A stretch of DNA of 32,000 nt from Caldivirga maquilingensis IC-167. GTDB taxonomy: Archaea; Thermoproteota; Thermoprotei; Thermoproteales; Thermocladiaceae. Positions 9,062 to 17,844 of this stretch are shown here, one piece after another (within the stretch, counting starts at the first letter, position 1; every line of letters begins with the position of its first letter). The stretch lies in the NCBI RefSeq assembly GCF_000018305.1, contig NC_009954.1:1650001-1682000 (forward strand), read 5' to 3'. The notes beneath the pieces are model-generated. The model was not told the DNA's origin, made no database searches, and worked only from the letters and a program-made list of their open reading frames with translations. The translations under genes and the position numbers were made by a program.

Positions 9062-12000
9062 ATGATTCGTGTAAATGGGTTAACGGTAGCATACTTAGTC
9101 TTAACCCTTATTATAATTTACGTTGGGATTTCATTAATTGCTCATGGTTCATTAATTAATATGCAAACGAATAGCTTACCCCCATCATTAAGCGGCTACT
9201 CATACACTGGTTCACTCAGTAATAATACTAACGTTATAGTAACGATATATGTTCCACTTAGGAACCTGAACCTACTTTACCACTACGTTGAATTAATATC
9301 AAGCCCAGGTTCACCAATGTATCATCACTTTCTAAGTAAGGCTCAAGTTGCCTCACTATTCTATCCAATTAATGAATACAATAATGTTACCGCCTTCCTC
9401 AAGGAACACGGCTTCAGAATATTATTCACTGCAGCTGACTCCATAATAGTGGCTGAGGGTAACGTTAGTGCTGTTGAAAGATACCTAGGTTTAAGGTACG
9501 CCGTCTACAGTAATGGTTCGGTAAGCTTCTATGAGTCCTATGGGGAGCCTAAGCTAGGTAACGTGATGATTTACTCATCTAACATAACCATGCTTCTACT
9601 TGAGCATCCATCATTCTTAGTAACAGGCAGTGAATTAAATGGGTTAAGGAATTACGTTAAGAGTAGTGTTAATTTAACTTACCCTATTGAGGCTTATTGG
9701 CCCACGATGCTTCAGGGGGCCTACAATGCAACCGCATTATATGAAATGGGGTATTATGGTCAAAACTACACGATAGGCATTATTGACTTCTTCGGCGACC
9801 CCTATATTGTTAATCAATTAACGCAGTTTGATTATGAGACAGGCTTACCTAATCCACCAAGCTTCAATATAATACCCATAGGCCCCTATAACCCTAATCT
9901 AGGTGTTTATAATGGTTGGGCATACGAGATAAGCCTTGATGTTGAGGCTGCCCATGCCATTGCACCTGAGGCTGGCATAACGCTTTACGTAGCTAACCCA
10001 GCATTACCCCTAGCTGCTATAATAGCTTACATCGTTGACCAGGATAATGTTAATGTAGTGTCCCAGAGCTTCGGTTTCCCGGAATCAATACTCTCAACTG
10101 TTAATGGCCCAGTCTTCTACTTCAATGTCTTCCTAACCGATGAATACTACGCACTGGGTAGTGTTGAGGGTATAACCTTCACTGCGGCAAGTGGAGATGG
10201 GGGTGGGGCGGGTTATAGTAATGGACCTATTGGCGCCGTTATTTACCCATCAACATCACCCTACGTAACCGCCGTGGGTGGTACAACCACCTACATTCAA
10301 TTACCCAACGGCTCCTATTACCAGACAGCCTGGTCCAGTTACGGCTTCATACCGCTTGATGAGAATCTAGGTGGATCAACAGGTGGTGTTAGTGCTGTTG
10401 AACCTAAGCCGTGGTATCAATGGGGAATTACGACACCGAACTCATATCCCCTCGGCAGAATGGTTCCCGATGTTGCAATGGATGCAAGCCCCTACCCAGG
10501 TTTACTGATTGTGGGGCCTGGTAATACACTACTTATAACAGGGGGTACAAGCGCCGCGGCGCCTTTGCTTGCTGGATTATTAACATTAATAATGGATTAC
10601 GTTCACTCAAGCCTAGGCTTAATTAACCCTGCATTATACAGTATAGCCAATAATACTAATGAGTATGGTAAGGCGATAGTACCAATCACTTTCGGCTACA
10701 ACATACCGTGGACAGCCCACTACGGTTACAATATGGTAACTGGGTTAGGAACCATTAATGCCGGGTACTTCGCTGAAGCCCTCTCGGCATTAAGCAATCA
10801 AAGTAAGGGTGGCTTATCAATAACAGTTAACGTATTCAACAGCTCCGGTTACCCGCAGAGGCAGTATTACCCAGGGGAGAGGATTATAATTAGTGCATCA
10901 ATAATTGCTAACTCGACTCAACTGGTTACGTCAGGGAACTTCTCAGCCATAATTGAGAATCCCTGGGGTACCATAGCCATTGTCCCATTAAGGTTCACTC
11001 AACCCCTAGGTTGGGCAGCATCAATTACACTTCCAAGTAACGCCTCAGGCATATTAATGGTAACTGTTTACGGCAAATACAGTAACCTTACCGGCTACGG
11101 ATTCACCACTGTGTTTTCGGGTTATTATGCTCAATTCCTTGAACCGCTCACATTCATACCACTGTACTCGAAGTTAGGTATTTGGATTGAAGTTAATTTA
11201 ACCAATGCTTACGGCTCATTACCAATTAACGTAACTAACCTAACAGCATTAGTGTACTACTACGATTACATTAATAACTCATACGTATTAATAGGCAATG
11301 TCACATTAAGACCACAGATAACAAGTCAAGGCTTCGGTTTAACACCATTATTCATAGGCAAGCTACCGAGTGATGCACCCATGGGTAACCTACTCATTAG
11401 GTTAACTAACGCCTTCGGTTTCGTGGCATTTGTCAATGGCATAATGATGCAGAGCATGAGTGTCCTCCCACCTATTGTTGCTCAACCAGGTTCAGTTGCA
11501 GCAGGAGGTGACGTAATAGTGGCGGGTTATCCTACTCCACCACTTGACTTAGGTCAAGTCTCCGTTGGGACTGGTACGTATGTGTTTTATAATGTTCTCT
11601 ACGGCTCCAACGTAACTGCCTCATTAATAGGACCTAATGGTGAGGTTATCAGTAGGGCAAACATTTACTATAATCCATCAGTGGGCGCCTATTACGGTGT
11701 CTTAAATGTGCCTCAAAATGCTGCACCAGGCCTATACCTAGTGGCCTTAAATGCCTCATATGACTCATATACGCTTAACTCCACGATAACAGGCTCATAC
11801 TTCGCTGAAATATATGTTTCCAGAGGTTACTCGACACCATTAATACGTTTTTCATCACTCTACGCCACTGAGGGGCAGGTGATTACTATTTACGCGAACA
11901 TAACTTATCCTAACGGTACTGAGGTTAAGTACGGCATGTACTCGGCTGTCGTGTACCCTATATCATTATCAGGCATTTACCCGGCCTTAAGTCAATTATT

Positions 12001-13015
12001 CGAAACCCCACTCTGGTATAATCCTAAGATCGGCTTATGGGTTGGTAATGTAACTTTACCATCTCAATTCTCTCTAGGTAGCTTAACCTACCTTGAAGGT
12101 AACATGTACTTCTCATCACCGTATGGAGTATTGATTACCGGTGTTTCAGCTGATGGATTCCCAACACCAAGTAGCCTACTAACTCAATCAACATTCTACG
12201 TACTACCATACACATTAGTGAGTGATCAGTTAATAAGTAATATGAAGGCTTATCACTTAGCGTTGATTAATGATACGTTAGTGAATGGTGTGTATGTTGA
12301 TGATGTTTTAATTAATGATACATTAATCGGTAATGTTACGTTAATTAACTGCAACGCCAGTAACATAACTATACTTAACTCTAACGCCACAGTAATGCTG
12401 TCTAACATTAATAACATTAATGCAGTTAATAGTACTATTATGTTATTCACAAGCAAGGTCAATGAATTATCGATAGCATCCTCAAGGTACATTAATGAAA
12501 ACTCAGTGGTGAAGCACATTTATCCTCCACCACCAGTTGTCATAATTAATTACCCCAGTGGTGATGCTAATTTAACAGGCTTAGTTGCTGTTAACTTCAC
12601 TGTAATGGGTGATGATGTGTCAAACACGGTGCTTTACCTTAATGGTCATGAATTAGCCAGTTACAGTGGTAACGGTACATTCACCTACGCATTAAATACG
12701 GGGAGTTACCCTGATGGTACATATGAATTAACTGTTGTTGCACTTCAGGCTGATGGATCATCAGCATCAGCAACAGTGGTGGTTAATATTGAGAATGGTT
12801 TACTAACCCTTAATAATAGGCTTAATGCCGTTAATCAATTCATTAACAGTAGCGTTGCTAGGTTGTCTAATGAATTATCATCAAACATGACGCTGATTTA
12901 CAGTGAATTCAATAGACTTAACAGTAATCTATTAATCATGGATATTCTACTACTGGTGGCCCTTGCCTTAAGCTCAGCGGCCTTATCATGGTTCATAGCA
13001 TCTAGGCGTCATTAA
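9062..13015 (+). CDS. membrane-anchored sedolisin (peptidase S53, kumamolisin-like) with large glycoprotein-type C-terminal extension
   Basis: 1317 aa. It has an N-terminal hydrophobic signal/anchor (aa ~7-27) and a pro-kumamolisin-type activation domain (PLRNLNLL...SSPGSPMYHHFLSKAQV...VTAFLKEHGF). Catalytic Glu289/Asp293 lie in WAYEISLDVE (nt 9926-9940). AASGDGG is present, and the nucleophile Ser497 lies in GGTSAAAP (nt 10550-10552). About 740 aa of beta-rich extension follow, then an Ig-like segment, a heptad-like helix and a C-terminal TM helix plus RRH. Confidence 0.85.
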   Translation: MIRVNGLTVAYLVLTLIIIYVGISLIAHGSLINMQTNSLPPSLSGYSYTGSLSNNTNVIVTIYVPLRNLNLLYHYVELISSPGSPMYHHFLSKAQVASLFYPINEYNNVTAFLKEHGFRILFTAADSIIVAEGNVSAVERYLGLRYAVYSNGSVSFYESYGEPKLGNVMIYSSNITMLLLEHPSFLVTGSELNGLRNYVKSSVNLTYPIEAYWPTMLQGAYNATALYEMGYYGQNYTIGIIDFFGDPYIVNQLTQFDYETGLPNPPSFNIIPIGPYNPNLGVYNGWAYEISLDVEAAHAIAPEAGITLYVANPALPLAAIIAYIVDQDNVNVVSQSFGFPESILSTVNGPVFYFNVFLTDEYYALGSVEGITFTAASGDGGGAGYSNGPIGAVIYPSTSPYVTAVGGTTTYIQLPNGSYYQTAWSSYGFIPLDENLGGSTGGVSAVEPKPWYQWGITTPNSYPLGRMVPDVAMDASPYPGLLIVGPGNTLLITGGTSAAAPLLAGLLTLIMDYVHSSLGLINPALYSIANNTNEYGKAIVPITFGYNIPWTAHYGYNMVTGLGTINAGYFAEALSALSNQSKGGLSITVNVFNSSGYPQRQYYPGERIIISASIIANSTQLVTSGNFSAIIENPWGTIAIVPLRFTQPLGWAASITLPSNASGILMVTVYGKYSNLTGYGFTTVFSGYYAQFLEPLTFIPLYSKLGIWIEVNLTNAYGSLPINVTNLTALVYYYDYINNSYVLIGNVTLRPQITSQGFGLTPLFIGKLPSDAPMGNLLIRLTNAFGFVAFVNGIMMQSMSVLPPIVAQPGSVAAGGDVIVAGYPTPPLDLGQVSVGTGTYVFYNVLYGSNVTASLIGPNGEVISRANIYYNPSVGAYYGVLNVPQNAAPGLYLVALNASYDSYTLNSTITGSYFAEIYVSRGYSTPLIRFSSLYATEGQVITIYANITYPNGTEVKYGMYSAVVYPISLSGIYPALSQLFETPLWYNPKIGLWVGNVTLPSQFSLGSLTYLEGNMYFSSPYGVLITGVSADGFPTPSSLLTQSTFYVLPYTLVSDQLISNMKAYHLALINDTLVNGVYVDDVLINDTLIGNVTLINCNASNITILNSNATVMLSNINNINAVNSTIMLFTSKVNELSIASSRYINENSVVKHIYPPPPVVIINYPSGDANLTGLVAVNFTVMGDDVSNTVLYLNGHELASYSGNGTFTYALNTGSYPDGTYELTVVALQADGSSASATVVVNIENGLLTLNNRLNAVNQFINSSVARLSNELSSNMTLIYSEFNRLNSNLLIMDILLLVALALSSAALSWFIASRRH
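12256..12470 (+). repeat. intragenic Asn-rich short degenerate repeats (N-x-S/T-[ILV] units; two 45-nt units begin with near-identical ATTAATGATAC(G/A)TTA)
   Basis: The translation is INDTLVNGVYVDDVL / INDTLIGNVTLINCN / ASNITILNSNATVML / SNINNINAVNSTIML, a periodicity of about 7-8 or 15 residues. Confidence 0.4.
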
Positions 13016-13864
13016 TCACTTGTAAAAGGCTATTGAAGCGTAACCCACGGTCTCAAGGAGATACCCACTGGTGTCGCCGGATGTGGCATGCTTAAGCAGC
13101 TTTACACCAGTAGACCCCTGTTTCCTTGAGTAAACTATGGCTGTCATTATTGCACCGAAGCCGCATACTGAGACATCATACTTATCCATAACCGTGTAGA
13201 AGCCTTCCTCATCCATGTTTAGTATACGTTCAATAACCTTCATGTCCTTATCCGTAGTAACCTCATGAGGCTCATAGTGATTTAAGTCACTGGAGGCCAC
13301 TACCACAACTTCACCTGCCCTCCCATCAATAACCTCACTTATTGCTGAACCAAGCCTCCTGGATAAATCAATGGTTTGATTCCATAGAACTATGGGAACT
13401 ATCCTGGAGCCGGGGAAAAGATACTGTATAAAGGGTACCTGAACCTCGATGGAGTGCTCCCTCTCAAAGGCTATTGGATCCTCGGCCAAGTCCTTAACTT
13501 TAGCTTTTATCTGCTTAGCCACCTCCTCATCAATCTCCACCTGCCCCAACGGTGTCTCCCAGGTGCCACTAGTCATTATTGCTGCTGGTGAACCAACACC
13601 ATAGTGATTAGGGCCTATTATTACGAATACCTTGGGTTTAATGTACTTACCTACCTCAACGTACGCGTGAGCAGCCACTGGACCCGAGTACACGTAACCA
13701 GCGTGAGGCACTATTACTGAGAGGACGTACTGCCTATTCTCCTTAACATTCATTGTTGATTTAGGACCAAGCTCATGCTCAATGGACCATTTTATCTGGT
13801 TAATTAAACCATCCTTACTTGCCTCATAGAACATACCTGCAACCGCGGGTTTCCTAGTAACCAT
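13016..13864 (-). CDS. Memo-like protein (AmmeMemoRadiSam system protein B family)
   Basis: 282 aa. It has the N-terminal RKPAVAGMFYE motif, PHAGYVYSG, and a His/Asp-containing SDLNHYEP block typical of MEMO1/UPF0103. Confidence 0.8.
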   Translation of the reverse strand: MVTRKPAVAGMFYEASKDGLINQIKWSIEHELGPKSTMNVKENRQYVLSVIVPHAGYVYSGPVAAHAYVEVGKYIKPKVFVIIGPNHYGVGSPAAIMTSGTWETPLGQVEIDEEVAKQIKAKVKDLAEDPIAFEREHSIEVQVPFIQYLFPGSRIVPIVLWNQTIDLSRRLGSAISEVIDGRAGEVVVVASSDLNHYEPHEVTTDKDMKVIERILNMDEEGFYTVMDKYDVSVCGFGAIMTAIVYSRKQGSTGVKLLKHATSGDTSGYLLETVGYASIAFYK

Positions 13865-13975
13865 GTTAATCTCACTGATTTCTGTTATTTAAATTGTTTC
13901 ACTGATAGAGGGATAGTGTTGTGTATGGTTATTAAGCGAGTAACTTAAAAACTAGTTTAAGGTCAATTAATAACA

Positions 13976-14416
13976 GTGGCTAAGGCTGATTTAAAATCAT
14001 CAATAACAAGGATTCTTAAGATAGCTAATATATCACTTTACATAATAGTAATAGTATTCACTGGAATCACAAGTATACTTTCGCTATATATTGCGGCATC
14101 AGATATTTTGAAAATAATAATGAATATTAATTCCTTAACAGATATTAATATTATCAATGTATTATCAGCATTATTCCTCGTGGTATTAACAATGGAGTTA
14201 ATAGACATGTTCATAATATACATGGAGAGGGGGCATATAATCGTTGATATGGTGATAGCCATAGTGCTAACAGCAATAGCTAGGGAATTACTGATAAATT
14301 ACGCTAATATTGAATCCATGACTCTTCAAAGAGGAATCATGCTATCAGCAGCTATTTTAACCCTAGCCATATCATACTGGTTAGTTATTAAGGCTGATTC
14401 CATTAAGAAAACCTAG
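13976..14416 (+). CDS. PsiE-like small membrane protein (4 TM)
   Basis: 146 aa, GTG start. The central pattern LELIDMFIIYMERGHIIVDMVIAIVLTAIARELLI...AAILTLAISYWL parallels the E. coli PsiE core as I recall it. Assignment is tentative. Confidence 0.5.
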   Translation: MAKADLKSSITRILKIANISLYIIVIVFTGITSILSLYIAASDILKIIMNINSLTDINIINVLSALFLVVLTMELIDMFIIYMERGHIIVDMVIAIVLTAIARELLINYANIESMTLQRGIMLSAAILTLAISYWLVIKADSIKKT

Positions 14417-14618
14417 CAGTAATGAGGCTCCTATGCCTATTATCAATAAGTGATTCATTCATTAGGTGCATTTTCAGTAACCTAAAGCTTGGGAACTTAA
14501 CCCCGCAAACAGGGCATCTTCTCGTTTTAGGTAATTGCTGGCACTCCCTACTATAGTGAATGAAGTAGGCTAACGCATTATCCATTGTTTTCCCACAGTA
14601 CTTGCACACTATCTGCAT
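14403..14618 (-). CDS. small two-finger zinc-binding protein (C2H2/C2HC-like)
   Basis: 71 aa. The first finger is C5-x2-C8-x12-H21-x4-C26. The second is C35-x2-C38-x12-H51, with the next His only at position 62. Confidence 0.55.
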   Translation of the reverse strand: MQIVCKYCGKTMDNALAYFIHYSRECQQLPKTRRCPVCGVKFPSFRLLKMHLMNESLIDNRHRSLITARFS

Positions 14619-14711
14619 TGAGGCTTACGTAACCCTGTGGTTTAAAACTTAACCCTACTCAACTCACTAATATGGGGTAATTAATTTAAAGTTACCTGTG
14701 GTTCAGTGGTT

Positions 14712-15008
14712 ATGGGTATTATAATTGAGATTGCCGTTGATCCAATAGGTACAGGCTCCACAAGTGTTGGTGACTTAATAAAGCAGGCAGTATCAGTAAT
14801 AGCTAAGAGGGGTTATAAGTACCAGGTCTGCGCCATGGGAACAGTCGTGGAGTTGCCGTCACTAAGGGATATTGGTCCACTTCTTGAGGATATTCATGAG
14901 GAGTTGGTTAAGAGAGGGGTGAAGAGGATTGTTTCAGTGGTTAGGATTGATGATAGGAGGGATAAGAATGAGAGTATTGAGTATAAGGTTAGTAGAGTTA
15001 CTCAATAA
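14712..15008 (+). CDS. MTH1187/YkoF-family (DUF77, thiamine-binding-like) protein
   Basis: The ATG at 14712 (the track uses GTG 14706) gives MGIIIEIAVDPIGTGSTSVGDLI...YQVCAMGTVVE. Length (~98 aa) and pattern fit the MTH1187 family. An ATTTAAAG box lies about 25 nt upstream. Confidence 0.75.
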   Translation: MGIIIEIAVDPIGTGSTSVGDLIKQAVSVIAKRGYKYQVCAMGTVVELPSLRDIGPLLEDIHEELVKRGVKRIVSVVRIDDRRDKNESIEYKVSRVTQ

Positions 15009-15060
15009 GACTGAGGATTAAGTAATATTTTAAACATGCAGTTGAACACAACCTAGTGCA

Positions 15061-15936
15061 TTAATCCACCTGTGTTAACTCATAGTCTAATTCATCAATG
15101 TACTTCCAGGCATCATCAGGGAATATTAATACTGCATCATTAACATTAAGGCTCATTGCAGCATAGGCAACAGCCCCAGAGCTTAAACCAATCAATAAAC
15201 CATCACTCCTAGCCACCTTCACAACGCCTATTAAGGCCTGTTCCCTTGATACATCAATCACCTGATCCACCTTAAGTAATTCACTGAATGGATTATTACC
15301 ATTAATCCTCTTAATACCTGGTATTGTTGAATTAACTGATGGCTGCACGGCAATCACTTTAACATCATTACCGTACTTCTCCTTAAAGTACATTGATATC
15401 CCGGTCATGTGGCCGGCGGTCCCAACGGCACCAATAATGTATTTAGGCTTAAAGCCAGCTAACCTGCATTGTTCATCAATCTCCCTAGCCGTAGTATTAT
15501 AGTGAATCATGTAATTGGCTGGGTTTGAGAATTGATTCGGGTGACTTAACCCCAGTTTCTTAGCCTCATTAATTACCTCAGGTAGTATTGATGATGTATT
15601 ACCCTCACGTTCAACAACCTTAACACCCATTAACTTAAGCATGACCTTAAAGGACCTTGGTGAACCAGAGGGAACGTAGGCAATGTAGTCGATTCCCCTA
15701 GCCCTAAGTATTGATGCTAAGGCAACAGCCAAGTTACCTGAGGAAACCTCAATAACCCCCTTATCAACATTACCCAGCGACTTAATAAGCCCTAGGGCAG
15801 TCCTATCCTTAATACTATGCGTCAACGGATTCATGAACTCCAGTTTAGCCCAAACATTACGCTGCTTAAACAAGTTCAGCTTCAAGAGGGGGGTAGGCCA
15901 AACCCCTGTTACCAACTCTTCTAGACTATTAAACAC
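15061..15936 (-). CDS. PLP-dependent cysteine synthase / CysK-CysM family enzyme
   Basis: 291 aa, GTG start. It has the PLP-lysine motif SIKDRTA, the glycine loop GTAGHMTG, and GLSSGA near the C-terminus. Confidence 0.8.
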   Translation of the reverse strand: MFNSLEELVTGVWPTPLLKLNLFKQRNVWAKLEFMNPLTHSIKDRTALGLIKSLGNVDKGVIEVSSGNLAVALASILRARGIDYIAYVPSGSPRSFKVMLKLMGVKVVEREGNTSSILPEVINEAKKLGLSHPNQFSNPANYMIHYNTTAREIDEQCRLAGFKPKYIIGAVGTAGHMTGISMYFKEKYGNDVKVIAVQPSVNSTIPGIKRINGNNPFSELLKVDQVIDVSREQALIGVVKVARSDGLLIGLSSGAVAYAAMSLNVNDAVLIFPDDAWKYIDELDYELTQVD

Positions 15937-16139
15937 GTTACCAGTTGCAAATACTGGTCCCAGTCATTAAGCAGGTAGGCTTAGAGACACTATTTAAGGA
16001 TTATGGTTATGGAGAAGCCTAAAGCCCACTAGTAATCCTAATCCTTGGCGTAATCCCCACCATGAATAGTAGGCTTTAAGTACTGTATATTATATTTACG
16101 TATTAAAGGGAACCTAAATCAGTAGAACTCACTTTGAAG

Positions 16140-16149
16140 TATAAATAAA
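16140..16149 (+). promoter_or_regulatory. TATA box (TATAAATAAA) upstream of the ATG at 16170
   Basis: A canonical archaeal TATA sequence centred about 26 nt upstream of the ATG at 16170. It supports that short ORF being a genuine gene start. Confidence 0.4.
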
Positions 16150-16169
16150 CCCAGTGCGGTTAAGTGATT

Positions 16170-16829
16170 ATGGTTAATAGGCTTCATGGATCTCATGGGA
16201 TCAGAATTACAATTGCTGTGGTTATAATTACCATTGCAGTAACGGCTGGCTACTGGTTTTATCAAGGAGTTTTTAAGGACTCAACAGAAAACAGTTACCT
16301 CACCTCAAAATAACTCCTACATATACGCCATTGAGTATGCTAGGCAGGTTCTCCAGGATGCTAAGGGGGGCTTACCTAACTGCTATGGGGCTTAAGTTCC
16401 CGGTTAAGGTGGATGAATTAAGCCTATCATTGATACTTAATTCAACCATTATTGATGATACCACATTACTGATAAATGGAACACCATACAGGTATATCAT
16501 TATCTACGTCTATAACTATAGTAAGAGTATTAATAGGATTCAATAATGTTAGTACTAATGGAATCACGGTATCGTATATCCCACCACCAGCTTCAGTAAC
16601 CTATACTGGAGGTAAACAATTCACCTATAGTATTTACTATGATGAGGAATCATGCAATGCAACAATATGGGATATACCATTTATGATACAGAATTATGAA
16701 GTATACGCGATAAGTAATGAGGCATGTAGAGGCGTCTACCTAGTTTCATTAAACGTATCATCAATGAATACTGCAGGAATCGGTACGCTGAGGGAATCTG
16801 TATGGTTAGTATTAGTGAGGGCGCGTTAA
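16170..16829 (+). pseudogene. fragmented gene for an N-terminally membrane-anchored, sequon-containing extracellular protein (three ORF pieces in frames 0 / 2 / 0)
   Basis: Piece 1, 16170-16313, encodes MVNRLHGSHGIRITIAVVIITIAVTAGYWFY... (a TM anchor) and is not in the supplied track. Piece 2 is open from 16277 to 16546. Piece 3 (16476-16829) returns to the original frame. The pieces overlap where the frame changes, and together they read as one roughly 220-aa protein. Confidence 0.35.
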
Positions 16830-16851
16830 GCACTATTGATTAAACGCTAAA

Positions 16852-17844
16852 TCACCTACTGCGTGTGAACCAGGATAAGGGGAGTATTATTGGTCTAGCT
16901 AACCTACTGTGGGTTAATTCACCCTGAGCTTTAATTAATAAGGCCTCTGGATTAATGAGTCTTAGTTTATCAGCATCCTTGGTAAGTTCAATCACCCTAC
17001 TACCGCACCTTGGGCATGTCTTAATCTGACCGATGCCAACGTAATCAACCCAACATTGCCTACACCTATATGTATTCACAGTATTGTTAACATCCATTAC
17101 TTTTAATGTGCATAAATCCCTAAAACCCCTAACTGCAATACCAAGTATGGCTGGTGCCAGTCTCCTTAATGCCTTCCTATTCTTAATAACGGTTAAGGCA
17201 TCCGCCTCAATAACCACGTCGCCACCATAACCCATTGCATAAACCTTGTTAACTTCCTCAATTAACCCTGAGGAATCACCCGTGAACCTAACAATCAGGG
17301 TGGATTCCTCGCTTGGCTTAGCCTCATATGTGTAACGCTTAATTACTGGGACTGGTTCATTACCCTTAAGCAACCCGGAGTCGTCGATGAAGCCCCCATT
17401 ACCTGATATTACGGGTATTAAGGCGTAGTCCCCTAACTCCTTCACGTCGCTTGAGAATACGTATGGCCTTAACCCAGTGCTAATCTTAGCTATGGCTAAG
17501 GCTGTTGAGACGCATATGGATAAGTTAATGATTGGGATGATTCCTTTAAGCAACTCGTACTGCTCATCATCTATGTAGATCAATGATTCACCGGCAGTAA
17601 CCACTACGGCGTCATCAATAGCCTTAATTGGCTTAACACCCCTACTCACTATTAGCCTTAAAGCTGAGTTAACGCATAAGCCAACCCCACAGTGATCAAT
17701 AATCAGTGCCTTCACGGCGCTCTCCCCGGCGATATTTTTATAAGCGTATTCACGCTTAACCACTATGCCTAATGCCGCAGGCTTTAAGCCATACTTCATA
17801 GTACCACCATTATCATCAATGATCATGGGGGCATTATTAACCAT
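16852..17844 (-). CDS. hypothetical protein with C-terminal CxxC...CPxC zinc ribbon
   Basis: 330-aa ORF (alternative ATG at 17799 giving MKYGLKP...). The Zn-ribbon is CRQCWVDYVGIGQIKTCPRCG. I do not recognise the remainder. Confidence 0.6.
   Translation of the reverse strand: MVNNAPMIIDDNGGTMKYGLKPAALGIVVKREYAYKNIAGESAVKALIIDHCGVGLCVNSALRLIVSRGVKPIKAIDDAVVVTAGESLIYIDDEQYELLKGIIPIINLSICVSTALAIAKISTGLRPYVFSSDVKELGDYALIPVISGNGGFIDDSGLLKGNEPVPVIKRYTYEAKPSEESTLIVRFTGDSSGLIEEVNKVYAMGYGGDVVIEADALTVIKNRKALRRLAPAILGIAVRGFRDLCTLKVMDVNNTVNTYRCRQCWVDYVGIGQIKTCPRCGSRVIELTKDADKLRLINPEALLIKAQGELTHSRLARPIILPLSWFTRSR

Noticed and set aside
14038-14262. Minus-strand 74-aa ORF
   Set aside because: It is antisense to the PsiE-like membrane-protein gene in AT-rich sequence.
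15937-16139. Small inverted or direct copies of TAGGCTT/AAGCCTA and a CCAGT-N7-ACTGG hairpin upstream of the cysteine-synthase-family gene
   Set aside because: The stems are only 5-7 bp in a 230-nt promoter region, and I could not build a tRNA or sRNA model. They are compatible with chance or with simple operator sites.
16852-17844. Possibility that the Zn-ribbon protein is TiaS (tRNA-Ile2 agmatidine synthetase), given its C-terminal Zn ribbon and the agmatinase elsewhere in the window
   Set aside because: The N-terminus lacks the IGIDDTDS...GMCTTY signature I associate with TiaS. The protein is also about 100 aa too short. I kept it as hypothetical.
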